From assembly GCA_031550085.1 (NCBI GenBank), contig JAVBOY010000015.1, forward strand, positions 27,429 to 91,428: a stretch of DNA of 64,000 nt, written 5' to 3'. Below, piece by piece: positions 28,138-37,590 of this stretch. The translations under genes were made by a program, and so were the position numbers. How positions within the stretch are numbered: the stretch's first letter is position 1; the number at the start of each line of letters is the position of its first letter. The DNA is from Lentimicrobiaceae bacterium. Lineage in GTDB: Bacteria > Bacteroidota > Bacteroidia > Bacteroidales > UBA4417. The notes beneath the pieces are model-generated. The model was not told where the DNA came from. It searched no databases and saw only the letters and a program-made list of their open reading frames with translations.

Positions 28138-29976
28138 TTATTCCACCGTCACTGATTTGGCCAGATTGCGGGGTTGGTCTACATTGCACCCGCGCATAAC
28201 CGCCATATGGTACGAAAGCAATTGAAGCGGAATTACGGTTAAAAGAGGCGTCAATATTTCTTCTGTTTCCGGAATTTCAATCACGTGGTCAGCAATGTTG
28301 GCAATGGTTGTATCGCCTTCGTTGACCACGGCAATTACTTTCCCTTTGCGTGCTTTTACTTCCTGGATGTTGGATACGATTTTTTCGTAAGCGCTTTGGT
28401 TGGTTGCCAAGACGACAACGGGCATGTACTCATCGATGAGTGCAATGGGGCCGTGTTTCATTTCAGCGGCAGGATAGCCTTCGGCATGGATGTAGGAAAT
28501 TTCTTTCAGTTTCAAAGCGCCTTCCAATGCCACGGGGAAATTGTACCCGCGCCCCAAATAAAGGAAATTCGAAACGTCTTTATACAGTTTGGCAATTTGT
28601 TTCACTACTTCATTGGTTTGAAGGGCTTTTTCCATTTTTTGCGGAATTTGTTCCAATTCACAAAGAATTTGGTGTAGCTTGTTGTTGGAGAGCGTACCTT
28701 TTTTCAACGCGGTTTCCAAAGCAATCAACGAAAGAACGGCGACTTGGGTGGTAAACGCTTTGGTCGATGCAACCCCGATTTCCGGACCGGCATGAGTATA
28801 GGATCCTGCATTTGCCATACGGGCAATGGAGGAACCGATTACGTTGCAAACTCCGTAAATAAAGGCATGATTCTTTTTTGCCAATTCCATAGCAGCCAAA
28901 GTATCGGCTGTTTCGCCCGATTGGGATATGGCCAGCAAAACGTCACCGGATTGAATTACCGGATTCCGGTAGCGAAATTCGGAGGCATACTCCACTTCCA
29001 CCGGAATACGTGCCAAATCCTCGATCAAGTATTCGCCGACCAAACCGGCATGCCACGAAGTTCCGCAAGCGGTAATCAAATAGCGTTTGGCTTGGGTCAT
29101 TTTAGATTCGTATTCCCGGAAAGCGCCCAGATTAATCCAGTTCTGGGAAGCATTAAAACGCCCACGCAAAGCATCTATCAAAGCGCGGGGTTGTTCGTAA
29201 ATTTCCTTTAACATGAAATGGGGAAAGCCGCCTTTTTCGATTTTTTCCAAATCCATGTCCAGTTTCTGAATGTAGTGGTTTACCGGGACATTGCTTAAAT
29301 CCTTTATTTCGTACGTTCCTTTGCGGTCCAGAACCACGTATTCGTTATCGTCCAGATAAATGACATTTCGCGTGTATTCAATAATGGAGGAAGCATCGGA
29401 GGCCACAAAAAATTCATTTTCGCCCAGGCCGATCACCAACGGGCTGCTTTTCCGCGCAGCAACCAACAGATTCGGTTGCTGGTTGTCGAGCAAGGCAATG
29501 GCATAAGCTCCAACCACTTTGTTCAATGCGATACGGACGGCATTCTCGATGGTGGTATTATTTTGGATCAACGCATCTTCGATGAGATTTACCAGCACTT
29601 CGGTATCAGTTTCGGAGTAAAAGGTATAGCCGCGCTTGCGCAATTCTTCTTTTAAGGAATTGTAATTTTCAATGATTCCGTTGTGAATCAGCACCAAGCG
29701 CCCCGACATGGAGGTATGTGGGTGCGCATTTGTGTCGTTCGGCAAGCCGTGGGTTGCCCAACGCGTATGACCGATTCCCAAGGTTCCCGACACATCTACA
29801 TTGGAAAGAATTTTTTCCAGATCCGCCACCTTTCCGGCTTTTTTAAATACTTTCAGTTCCGAATTCAACACGGCAATCCCGGCACTGTCGTATCCGCGGT
29901 ATTCCAAACGTTTCAATCCTTTAAGCAAAATGGGAGATGCTTGCTTTTCTCCAATGTATCCGACAATCCCACACAT
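28138..29976 (-). CDS. glmS: Glutamine--fructose-6-phosphate aminotransferase (isomerizing)
   Basis: 612-aa ORF. The N-terminal MCGIVGYIG carries the Ntn Cys. Two SIS domains follow, and the C-terminus is KSVTVE. Confidence 0.95.
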   Translation of the reverse strand: MCGIVGYIGEKQASPILLKGLKRLEYRGYDSAGIAVLNSELKVFKKAGKVADLEKILSNVDVSGTLGIGHTRWATHGLPNDTNAHPHTSMSGRLVLIHNGIIENYNSLKEELRKRGYTFYSETDTEVLVNLIEDALIQNNTTIENAVRIALNKVVGAYAIALLDNQQPNLLVAARKSSPLVIGLGENEFFVASDASSIIEYTRNVIYLDDNEYVVLDRKGTYEIKDLSNVPVNHYIQKLDMDLEKIEKGGFPHFMLKEIYEQPRALIDALRGRFNASQNWINLGAFREYESKMTQAKRYLITACGTSWHAGLVGEYLIEDLARIPVEVEYASEFRYRNPVIQSGDVLLAISQSGETADTLAAMELAKKNHAFIYGVCNVIGSSIARMANAGSYTHAGPEIGVASTKAFTTQVAVLSLIALETALKKGTLSNNKLHQILCELEQIPQKMEKALQTNEVVKQIAKLYKDVSNFLYLGRGYNFPVALEGALKLKEISYIHAEGYPAAEMKHGPIALIDEYMPVVVLATNQSAYEKIVSNIQEVKARKGKVIAVVNEGDTTIANIADHVIEIPETEEILTPLLTVIPLQLLSYHMAVMRGCNVDQPRNLAKSVTVE

Positions 29977-30086
29977 AAATTTTTATTTGATTTTTATAAC
30001 TTCGTTTCTTTTGTATTAGTTTGGTTTTTAGAAATATTATAAAACCAACCCGTCTACAAGGCGGTTTTCAAGTTTTTTGCCTGTTT

Positions 30087-32570
30087 TTATTCTTCGAAAT
30101 ACACCCGCTTCACCCGCCGGGAAATTCCGGTTAAAATCTCGTATGGAATGGTTTGCAACGCTTCCGCCATTTTTTGGACCGGCAATTCTTTCCCGAAAAC
30201 AATCACCGGGTCCCCTTCGTTTGCGGGTACGCCCGTGATATCCACCATGCACATGTCCATGCAAACATTTCCGATAAAGGGAACCAATTGCCCATGGATC
30301 CACACATGACCTCTTTCGTTACTCAGACGACGGTTCAATCCGTCGGCATAGCCAACCGGCAAGGTAGCTACTGTTGTTTTGCGCGTAGCTTTCCAAGCCT
30401 GGTTGTATCCAACCGTTTCTCCGATGTCAATTTGCTTTATTTGGGAAATGATGGTGCGCAACGTACTCACGTTTTGCAGTTGTTCCTGTTCTTTTTCCAG
30501 TGGCGCTACACCATAAAGGCCGATTCCCAAACGGATCATATCCCATTGTGCTTCCGGAAAACGGCTGGCTCCGGCCGTATTGGCAATGTGACAAAGGATT
30601 TTGTAATCGAATTCGCTGCAAAGGGTCCCGGCCATTTGCGTAAACAACCTGATTTGATGACGCGTAAATTCATCCCGTTCGGGATTATCGGCTGCAGCCA
30701 GATGCGAAAAAACCGATTGGATGCGAAGTTGCGGAATATTTTTCAACGCCGGCAGCAATCCCGGTAAATCTTTTTGCTCGAATCCCAACCGCTTCATTCC
30801 GGTATCCAGTTTTAAATGAATACCGAATTCTCCTTCTTCGGGCGGAATCCTTTTTAAAACATCCGCCAGCAACTTCAACACGCGGAAGCTGTATATTTCC
30901 GGTTCCAGACGGTATTTTATCATGCTTTCAAAACTTGCTTCATCAGGATTCATGACCATAATGGGCATGGTAATCCCGGACTGCCGCAATTCAACGCCTT
31001 CATCGGCATAGGCAACCGCTAAATAATCCACCCGGTGAAATTGTAACTTGTTGGCAATCTCAAACCCTCCGCTTCCATACGAGAACGCTTTCACCAAAAC
31101 CATGGTTTTCACTCCCGGCTTTAACAGGGAATGGTAATAATTGAGGTTCGCGATCAAGGCATTCAGATCGATTTCCAGAACCGTTTCATGCGTTTTTTGT
31201 TGCAACACTTCAAAAATGCGCTCAAATTCAAACCGGCGCGATCCTTTCAATAAAACGGCTTCGTTCAAAAAAGAATTCGAAGCGGGGGAATCCAAAAAAG
31301 CCTGGGTTGATTCGTAAAAGGATTTTTCCATGGAAAAACAACTGCGTTGCCCGCTGATTGCTTCGCCAATACCAATCAAGCGGTCAATTTTTTTATTGAC
31401 CAACAGGGTGTTGATATAGTTGTAAAGCAGTTCATCCGGTTGGCCGCTTTGGAAAATATCGCTTAAAATGATGGTTTTTTTCGGGTGTTGATTTTGTTGG
31501 TTCAACAGGTCAATTGCAATAGCCAAAGATTCCAAATCGCTGTTATAACTGTCATTTATAATGGTGCAGTTGTTTTTCCCTTCTTTCATTTCAAGGCGCA
31601 TTGCAATCGGTTGGAGTTCCGCCATCCGACTGGAAATGAAATCATTCGAGAAGCCTAACAAAAGCAAAGTGGCCCAACAATGCGTTGCATTTTCAACGGA
31701 AGCTTCGTCGGTAAACGGAATTTTCATGGAAATTTGACTTCCGTTAAACCGGGCATCAAGGATTGTTTCTGTTCCGTTGAAATGGGCTTTAATCAGTTGC
31801 AGGTTGCTTTGTAAAGAATACCCCCAGGAAAAAACAGGGATCTTTTTTTTCGCGTTTTGGATGAATTCCGCGATCCATGGATGATCGGAACAATAAATCA
31901 AGGTTTCAACATCCGAAAAAAGTTGCATTTTCTCGGAAATTTTTTGCGTCATGCTTTCAAATCCTTCGTCATGAGCATGTCCGATGTTTGTGAAAATCCC
32001 GATTGTCGGTTCAATGATCCGCTGTAAGTTTCGCATTTCATGAGGTTGCGAAATTCCCGCCTCAAAAATTCCAATTTCATGTCCGGCATCCATTTTCCAA
32101 ACAGAAAGGGGTACTCCGATTTGCGAATTGTAACTTTTGGGGTTTCGAATCACTTTTTTGACCGGGCACAGCATCTGAAAAAGCCATTCTTTCACAATGG
32201 TTTTACCATTGCTCCCTGTGATGCCGATAACGGGTATCTGAAACTGTTTGCGATGAACAGTGGCCAAATGTTGTAATGCAGCCAACGTATCGTCGACCCG
32301 CAGCACATTCACATCATCGTAGGGGAATAAAATTTCAGGCTGTGTTTGCACCACAAAATTGCGGATTCCTTTTTGATAGGCTTCAAGGAGGTATCTTGCT
32401 CCGTCGTTGCGGAAAGTTTTTATCGCAAAAAACAAATCGCCCAGTTGCAATCCCACTTTGCGGCTGTCGGTGACCAGATTGGTTATCCGGCAATCTTTAT
32501 TTGCCGATTTTTTAAAGTCTCCTTTAATAATCGCCGCAATTTGCGCTATGGTATAATTTGTTTCCTGCAT
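30087..32570 (-). CDS. Bifunctional UDP-N-acetylmuramoyl-tripeptide--D-alanyl-D-alanine ligase (MurF) / alanine racemase (Alr) fusion
   Basis: 827-aa ORF. The N-terminal half has the Mur ligase P-loop GITGSNGKTIVKEW. The C-terminal half has the PLP-lysine region VLVKAFSYGSGGFEIA and an alanine racemase C-terminal barrel (VGYADG). Confidence 0.9.
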   Translation of the reverse strand: MQETNYTIAQIAAIIKGDFKKSANKDCRITNLVTDSRKVGLQLGDLFFAIKTFRNDGARYLLEAYQKGIRNFVVQTQPEILFPYDDVNVLRVDDTLAALQHLATVHRKQFQIPVIGITGSNGKTIVKEWLFQMLCPVKKVIRNPKSYNSQIGVPLSVWKMDAGHEIGIFEAGISQPHEMRNLQRIIEPTIGIFTNIGHAHDEGFESMTQKISEKMQLFSDVETLIYCSDHPWIAEFIQNAKKKIPVFSWGYSLQSNLQLIKAHFNGTETILDARFNGSQISMKIPFTDEASVENATHCWATLLLLGFSNDFISSRMAELQPIAMRLEMKEGKNNCTIINDSYNSDLESLAIAIDLLNQQNQHPKKTIILSDIFQSGQPDELLYNYINTLLVNKKIDRLIGIGEAISGQRSCFSMEKSFYESTQAFLDSPASNSFLNEAVLLKGSRRFEFERIFEVLQQKTHETVLEIDLNALIANLNYYHSLLKPGVKTMVLVKAFSYGSGGFEIANKLQFHRVDYLAVAYADEGVELRQSGITMPIMVMNPDEASFESMIKYRLEPEIYSFRVLKLLADVLKRIPPEEGEFGIHLKLDTGMKRLGFEQKDLPGLLPALKNIPQLRIQSVFSHLAAADNPERDEFTRHQIRLFTQMAGTLCSEFDYKILCHIANTAGASRFPEAQWDMIRLGIGLYGVAPLEKEQEQLQNVSTLRTIISQIKQIDIGETVGYNQAWKATRKTTVATLPVGYADGLNRRLSNERGHVWIHGQLVPFIGNVCMDMCMVDITGVPANEGDPVIVFGKELPVQKMAEALQTIPYEILTGISRRVKRVYFEE

Positions 32571-32631
32571 CTTCTTTTAAAACATGAGCTTTTTGCAATC
32601 AAACTCAATTATTGTTGCTCCATTCAATAAC

Positions 32632-32660
32632 AAAAAAACAGCTTGGCATGGTATGCGCTG
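32632..32660 (-). terminator. Hairpin plus U-tract downstream of the YitT-family gene
   Basis: On the plus strand, cagc-ttg-gcat-ggt-atgc-gctg (32639-32660) forms 8 bp with a 3-nt bulge. It is preceded by 7 A (32632-38), which read as 7 U after the stem on the minus transcript. Confidence 0.45.
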
Positions 32661-32668
32661 GCGTTTTT

Positions 32669-33595
32669 TTATTTTTCCACTTTGGTTGCCAGAGATTTAA
32701 ATCCTTTGCCCAATATCTCATAAGAATCCAACACAGCAATAAAAGCTTCCGGATCAATTTCGTGGATGTATTCCTGCAACATGGAAAGCTCGCGGGGCGA
32801 TACCACCGTAAAAATAATTTTTTTCTCCGCCTGGCTATACATTCCTTCTCCTTGCAAAAAAGTACCGCCCCGCTGAATTTTGTATACCAACCGCTCCCGG
32901 ATTTCTTCATACTTCTCGGAAACGATAAACAATGTTTTTTCGTATGAAAAGCCATGCAGAGCGGTGTCAATCACCTTGCCCATCACATAAATGGTAATCC
33001 AGCTATACAAAGGGACCTGCCAGTCGGCAAAAGCCACAAACCCGATAATTACAATGCAAGCATCGACAATCATCATCATTTGCCCGATCGGGCGGCTTAA
33101 GAATTTTGACAAAAGCATGGCAATAACATCGCTTCCGCCGCTTGTGGCTTTGGCTTTGAAGGTCATGGCCACTCCCAACCCAATCAATAATCCGCCGAAA
33201 ATGCATGAGACCAGCACATCCTTTACCAAAGGGGTATCCCCATTATAATATTGTATCAAATCGACATAAACGGAAGTTAAAATAAAGGCAGTTACCGTTT
33301 TGGCGCCGAACTTGGGTCCCAAGATCCGGGTTCCGATAATTGTAAGCGGTATATTGAAACACAACGCTGTAATCCCCAAAGGCAATCCCTCGGGCGCCCA
33401 GGAAAAGACTCCTTTCGACAAATGGTGAATCACAATGGAAATGCCGTAAATACCGCCGGGTACAATTTTATTCGGGTTTACAAACAGGACATATCCCAAC
33501 GATATCAGAAAAGTTCCTACAACGACCAACAAATAATCGCTAAACCAGCGGGCTGAGAATATTTTTTCACTCTTTAATAAAATGGAAGGAGCCAT
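32669..33595 (-). CDS. YitT family membrane protein (DUF2179 C-terminal domain)
   Basis: It has multiple TM helices followed by a soluble C-terminal domain (RGGTFLQGEGMYSQAEKKIIFTVVSPRELSMLQEYIHEIDPEAFIAV). The ORF-track start at 33604 is TTG, so the ATG at 33595 is used. Confidence 0.8.
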   Translation of the reverse strand: MAPSILLKSEKIFSARWFSDYLLVVVGTFLISLGYVLFVNPNKIVPGGIYGISIVIHHLSKGVFSWAPEGLPLGITALCFNIPLTIIGTRILGPKFGAKTVTAFILTSVYVDLIQYYNGDTPLVKDVLVSCIFGGLLIGLGVAMTFKAKATSGGSDVIAMLLSKFLSRPIGQMMMIVDACIVIIGFVAFADWQVPLYSWITIYVMGKVIDTALHGFSYEKTLFIVSEKYEEIRERLVYKIQRGGTFLQGEGMYSQAEKKIIFTVVSPRELSMLQEYIHEIDPEAFIAVLDSYEILGKGFKSLATKVEK

Positions 33596-33799
33596 CGGAC
33601 ACAATAAGTAAAGTCAAAATACAGTTATAAATTTTGCTTCCAACGAGTAAGAATTAGTTTGAATCGGTTGCAAATATCCAAAAAAAAAAGACCCTAAGCG
33701 AAGGATCTGGATAAAAATACAAAGCATTTTTACACTTCGAAAATGGTGTGAAGGGATTATCATTAAAAAAAATATTTCAAAACATTATTTTCAATTATC

Positions 33800-33830
33800 T
33801 TGTTTATCTGGTTTGCAATTAATACTTTTG
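33800..33830 (+). promoter_or_regulatory. Candidate porP promoter TTG-N20-TActTTTG
   Basis: ttg at 33800-33802 and tacttttg at 33823-33830. It overlaps the ORF-track TTG start at 33813, which is therefore unlikely to be real. Confidence 0.55.
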
Positions 33831-33881
33831 CGAGTTCGAAACATGTTATACTTTTTTCAAAAATTACTTTTGGCGATATTT

Positions 33882-34856
33882 ATGCGGCAACGGGTACTTT
33901 GTCTTAAAATATTTCTTTTCATTCTTTCCGTAATCCCGCTCGGAAAATTACAAAGCCTGTTTGCGCAGCAAGAACCCCATTTTACCCAAAACATGTTCAA
34001 TTATTCGTTCATCAATCCGGGACATTACGGCTTATCAGATGCAATCTGTGTCACGGGACTCTACCGGGAGCAATGGGTCGGTTTTAAAGACGAAGATGGG
34101 AATAATGTAAGACCGAGGACCTTGGCCGTCACCCTTGATTCTCCGATCCGGGTTTTACATGGCGGTGTCGGCCTGGCAATTCTTCAGGATCAATTGGCTT
34201 TTTTCAAAGACGTTGGCGTCCGGTTGGGATACTCTTACCATCTTCCCATTGGCAGCGGAAAACTTGGAATCGGTGCGAATGTGAGTTTTTTGAGTAAAAG
34301 TACCGACTTTTCGAAATTTATCCCGGTGGATGAAGGTGATCCATCCATAGCTAGTGGTACTGCAAAAGGAATCATGTTTACTGATTTTTCCATCGGGGCT
34401 TTTTACAACGCACAAAATTTTTATGCCTCCTTTTCGTCCACGCAAATGCTTGAAACCGAAAAATCGCTGAACAATGAAGGGACAAACAACTCGTACTACA
34501 AGTTAAGAAGGCACTTTTTTTTAGGCAGCGGTTACAGTTTCCCCTGGAAAGGAAATCCGGCCTATATGGTTACTCCATCGGCACTCTTGACAACAGACGG
34601 TTCCAGCCTTCAGGTGGATTTCAATGCCATGCTTACCATCAACCAAAAAGTTTGGACAGGCGTCGGTTACCGTTTAAATGAGTCGGCATCTTTGATGGTT
34701 GGCTGGATGATTAAAGACTTTGACATCGGTTACTCGTACGACATCCCAATGTCTCGCGTAGCAGTGACGGGAAGCCATGAAATAATGGTTCGTTACCGGT
34801 TTAAAATAGAACGGGAAAAAACAAAAAGTGGATACAGAAATACAAGATTTTTATAA
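33882..34856 (+). CDS. porP: T9SS membrane protein PorP/SprF family
   Basis: From 33882 the signal peptide is MRQRVLCLKIFLFILSVIPLGKLQSLFAQ. It is followed by the family signature QEPHFTQNMFNYSFINPGHYG and ends in a beta-barrel-like GYRNTRFL. An alternative ATG at 33843 cannot be excluded. Confidence 0.8.
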   Translation: MRQRVLCLKIFLFILSVIPLGKLQSLFAQQEPHFTQNMFNYSFINPGHYGLSDAICVTGLYREQWVGFKDEDGNNVRPRTLAVTLDSPIRVLHGGVGLAILQDQLAFFKDVGVRLGYSYHLPIGSGKLGIGANVSFLSKSTDFSKFIPVDEGDPSIASGTAKGIMFTDFSIGAFYNAQNFYASFSSTQMLETEKSLNNEGTNNSYYKLRRHFFLGSGYSFPWKGNPAYMVTPSALLTTDGSSLQVDFNAMLTINQKVWTGVGYRLNESASLMVGWMIKDFDIGYSYDIPMSRVAVTGSHEIMVRYRFKIEREKTKSGYRNTRFL

Positions 34857-34861
34857 TAATA

Positions 34862-34891
34862 TTGTCCAGGTTTCTATTTTTTTTATATTTG
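34862..34891 (+). promoter_or_regulatory. Candidate gldK-operon promoter TTG-N19-TAtaTTTG
   Basis: ttg at 34862-34864 and tatatttg at 34884-34891. This implies a leader of about 200 nt before the gldK ATG (35095). Confidence 0.55.
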
Positions 34892-35094
34892 CGGCGGATT
34901 AAAAAAAGTTAAATTCTGGACAAGTAATTTATATAAATGTTGGTATCCTGTAAAATAAAGAAAGCTACTTGACGTTATTTTTTACCAAGCTAGTTCATTG
35001 AAATAAAACATATAGCCCTCAAATGGAGCGAATTACTTTCGCGGCCATACTGAATTACACAAACTTAACTTGAAAGCAAATAAAATATTTTGAA

Positions 35095-36459
35095 ATGAAA
35101 AAATTGCTTTTTTTGTCTTTTGCGACAATGCTTATCATTAGTAGTTGCCAGAACAATGGTAACGGACAATTAACCGGCGTTCAAAACAGAGAACGTTTTA
35201 GTCAGCCCGACCCATATGAAATGGCCTACGTGCCTATGGGAAGTTATGTGATGGGAGCAGGAGATCAGGATATTACCTATGCCCAATTAAATGCTCCACG
35301 GACCATCACCATATCGGCTTTTTGGATGGATGAGGCAGAAATCACAAACAACAAATACCGGCAATTTGTCTATTGGGTTCGCGACTCCATTGCCCGGAGG
35401 TTGGCCGGAGATATAAGACCCGATGATTTCCTCGTCAGTGAAAACACAAAAACAGGCGAAACTTTTGATCCTCCTTACCTGAACTGGGAAACGAAATTGA
35501 ATTGGAAAGATCCGGATTTGATTGAAACGTTGGATCAAATGTACGTACCCGAGCATGAGCGGTATTTCCGCAAAAAAGATATCGATGCCCGTAAATTATT
35601 TTACGAGTATTATTATGTAGACCTTCAGGAAGCGGCCAAAAAGGACGGGGAAGGCGGCCAGCATGATTCAAAAAATGCTGCATTCGCAAACCGTACGCAA
35701 GGTTTGAAAGACCGTTCTGTTTTTGTACACAAAGAAACAATCAATGTGTACCCCGATACGCTTTGCTGGATCAGTGATTATGCGTATAGTTACAACGAGC
35801 CGAAAGCAAAAGAATATTTCTCACATCCGGCTTTTGACCATTACCCGGTTGTCGGCGTAAACTGGAGACAAGCCAATGCATTCTGTATTTGGAGAACCCG
35901 TTTGTTGGAAGGCGCCAAAACAAAGAGAAAAACGGCTGAACCGTCCGAATTCCGCTTACCTACCGAAGCAGAATGGGAATGGGCGGCTCGTGGAGGAAAT
36001 TCGCGTAGTCCGTATCCATGGGGAGGACCGTATACCACCAATGACCGGGGTTGCTATTTGGCGAATTTCAAACCGTTGCGCGGAGACTATGCAGCTGATG
36101 GCGGAGCCTTCCCGTTAGTGGTTGGACATTATCCGGCAAATGATTTCGGCTTGTATGATATGGCCGGCAACGTATCCGAATGGTGTAGAGACGCTTATGA
36201 CGAATCCGTTAGTTCCTATGCATGGGACATGAATCCTTCCTATATTTATAATGCCAAAGACGACGATCCCATTTCCTTGAAACGAAAAGTAATCCGCGGT
36301 GGATCTTGGAAAGATATTTCTTATTATTGCCAAGTAACTACCCGCCACTATGAATACCAAGACACGGCAAAATGCTATATCGGTTTCCGCTGCGTGCAAG
36401 ACTTTATGGGCCGTCAACGAAACGATAATCCGTCAAAAGCTTCAAGAATTTATAATTAG
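35095..36459 (+). CDS. gldK: T9SS/gliding lipoprotein GldK (PorK), SUMF1/FGE-fold
   Basis: 454-aa ORF with lipobox LIISSC. MAYVPMGSYVMG and RGGSWKD are FGE-sulfatase-like motifs. It sits in the conserved K-L-M-N order. Confidence 0.9.
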   Translation: MKKLLFLSFATMLIISSCQNNGNGQLTGVQNRERFSQPDPYEMAYVPMGSYVMGAGDQDITYAQLNAPRTITISAFWMDEAEITNNKYRQFVYWVRDSIARRLAGDIRPDDFLVSENTKTGETFDPPYLNWETKLNWKDPDLIETLDQMYVPEHERYFRKKDIDARKLFYEYYYVDLQEAAKKDGEGGQHDSKNAAFANRTQGLKDRSVFVHKETINVYPDTLCWISDYAYSYNEPKAKEYFSHPAFDHYPVVGVNWRQANAFCIWRTRLLEGAKTKRKTAEPSEFRLPTEAEWEWAARGGNSRSPYPWGGPYTTNDRGCYLANFKPLRGDYAADGGAFPLVVGHYPANDFGLYDMAGNVSEWCRDAYDESVSSYAWDMNPSYIYNAKDDDPISLKRKVIRGGSWKDISYYCQVTTRHYEYQDTAKCYIGFRCVQDFMGRQRNDNPSKASRIYN

Positions 36460-36501
36460 TAACCATAAAAAATAGTAACTACCTTTTAAAATTGACCAGA
36501 T

Positions 36502-37548
36502 ATGAGCGTTTTAAGCGTTTTAAGCAGTAAGCCGTACAAAAGATTTATGTCGATGCTCTACGGATTAGGTGCATCAGTAGTAATCATTGGAGCCCTTTTC
36601 AAAATCGTTCACATCGAAGGGGCAAATCAAATGTTATTTATTGGATTGATCACCGAAGCTGTTATTTTCTTCTTCTCCGCATTCGAACCCCCTCATGTTG
36701 AACCCGATTGGAGTTTAGTATATCCGGAACTATCCGGGATGTACCATTCTGAAGGAGAAATAAAAGCAGGCGGACGTAAAAAAGCTGGCGCTCCGAATAA
36801 AACGGTTACGCAAGAATTGGATGAAATGTTGGATAAAGCAAAAATTGGCCCTGAATTAATCGAAAGCCTTGGCCAAGGAATGCGCGCCATGAGTGAAAAC
36901 GTAAAACAACTCAGCAACGTTTCCAACGCCGCACTTGCTACGGATCAATTTGTAAAGAATGTAAGCGACGCAGGTAAATCCGCTCAAGAACTTTCCGGAT
37001 CCTATAAAAAAGTTTCCGACATTTTAAATCAAGATGCTACTTCGGCAACCGACTTTTCGAATAGCATGAAAACCGTAGCTTCCTCTGCCGGAAGTTTAGC
37101 TACGGCATATACGGAAGTTGCCGGATCCATCAAGAAAGAAATGGCTGCCACCGAAAAATTCAATACAAGCATTGCATCGGCATCTGAAACATTCGGAAAA
37201 CTTGCCGAAAATTACAACAAAGCAATCGACTTAATAAACAAATCGGCTGAAAAGCTTGATTCCTCAGCAACTAGTCATAATTCCTATCAAGAACAACTAC
37301 AAAAAGTTTCTAAAAACCTTTCTGCCCTGAATGCCCTTTACGAATTACAAATGAATACGGCAACACAACAAACGGAAGCTACGGAAAAACTTCGTAAAAC
37401 CGTAGATTCTTTTGTGTCGAACTTGTCTGATTCTTCTACAAACATGGCAAAATACAAAGAAGAGGTGGATAATTTAACCAAACGCGTATCGGCATTGAAC
37501 CAGGTATACGGTAACATGCTGGCAGCAATGAATTATTCTCAAAAATAA
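36502..37548 (+). CDS. gldL: T9SS/gliding motor protein GldL (PorL)
   Basis: 348-aa ORF. The N-terminus has two TM helices (MLYGLGASVVIIGALFKIVH, MLFIGLITEAVIFFFSAFEP). A long Ser/Ala/Lys-rich helical cytoplasmic region follows. Confidence 0.88.
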   Translation: MSVLSVLSSKPYKRFMSMLYGLGASVVIIGALFKIVHIEGANQMLFIGLITEAVIFFFSAFEPPHVEPDWSLVYPELSGMYHSEGEIKAGGRKKAGAPNKTVTQELDEMLDKAKIGPELIESLGQGMRAMSENVKQLSNVSNAALATDQFVKNVSDAGKSAQELSGSYKKVSDILNQDATSATDFSNSMKTVASSAGSLATAYTEVAGSIKKEMAATEKFNTSIASASETFGKLAENYNKAIDLINKSAEKLDSSATSHNSYQEQLQKVSKNLSALNALYELQMNTATQQTEATEKLRKTVDSFVSNLSDSSTNMAKYKEEVDNLTKRVSALNQVYGNMLAAMNYSQK

Positions 37549-37590
37549 AATCATCTATCATCTTTTTTTGATATAACATAAACAGTAATT

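Noticed and set aside
29977-30086. glmS ribozyme upstream of glmS; glycine riboswitch upstream of gcvH (7188-7274)
   Set aside because: The glmS leader is 110 bp of AT-rich sequence without the conserved ribozyme core helices. The gcvH leader is only 87 bp and contains a promoter. Neither has room or motifs for these RNAs.
30153-30767. 204-aa ORF antisense to the alanine racemase half of murF-alr
   Set aside because: It is nested antisense to a strongly supported CDS, and its sequence is low-information.
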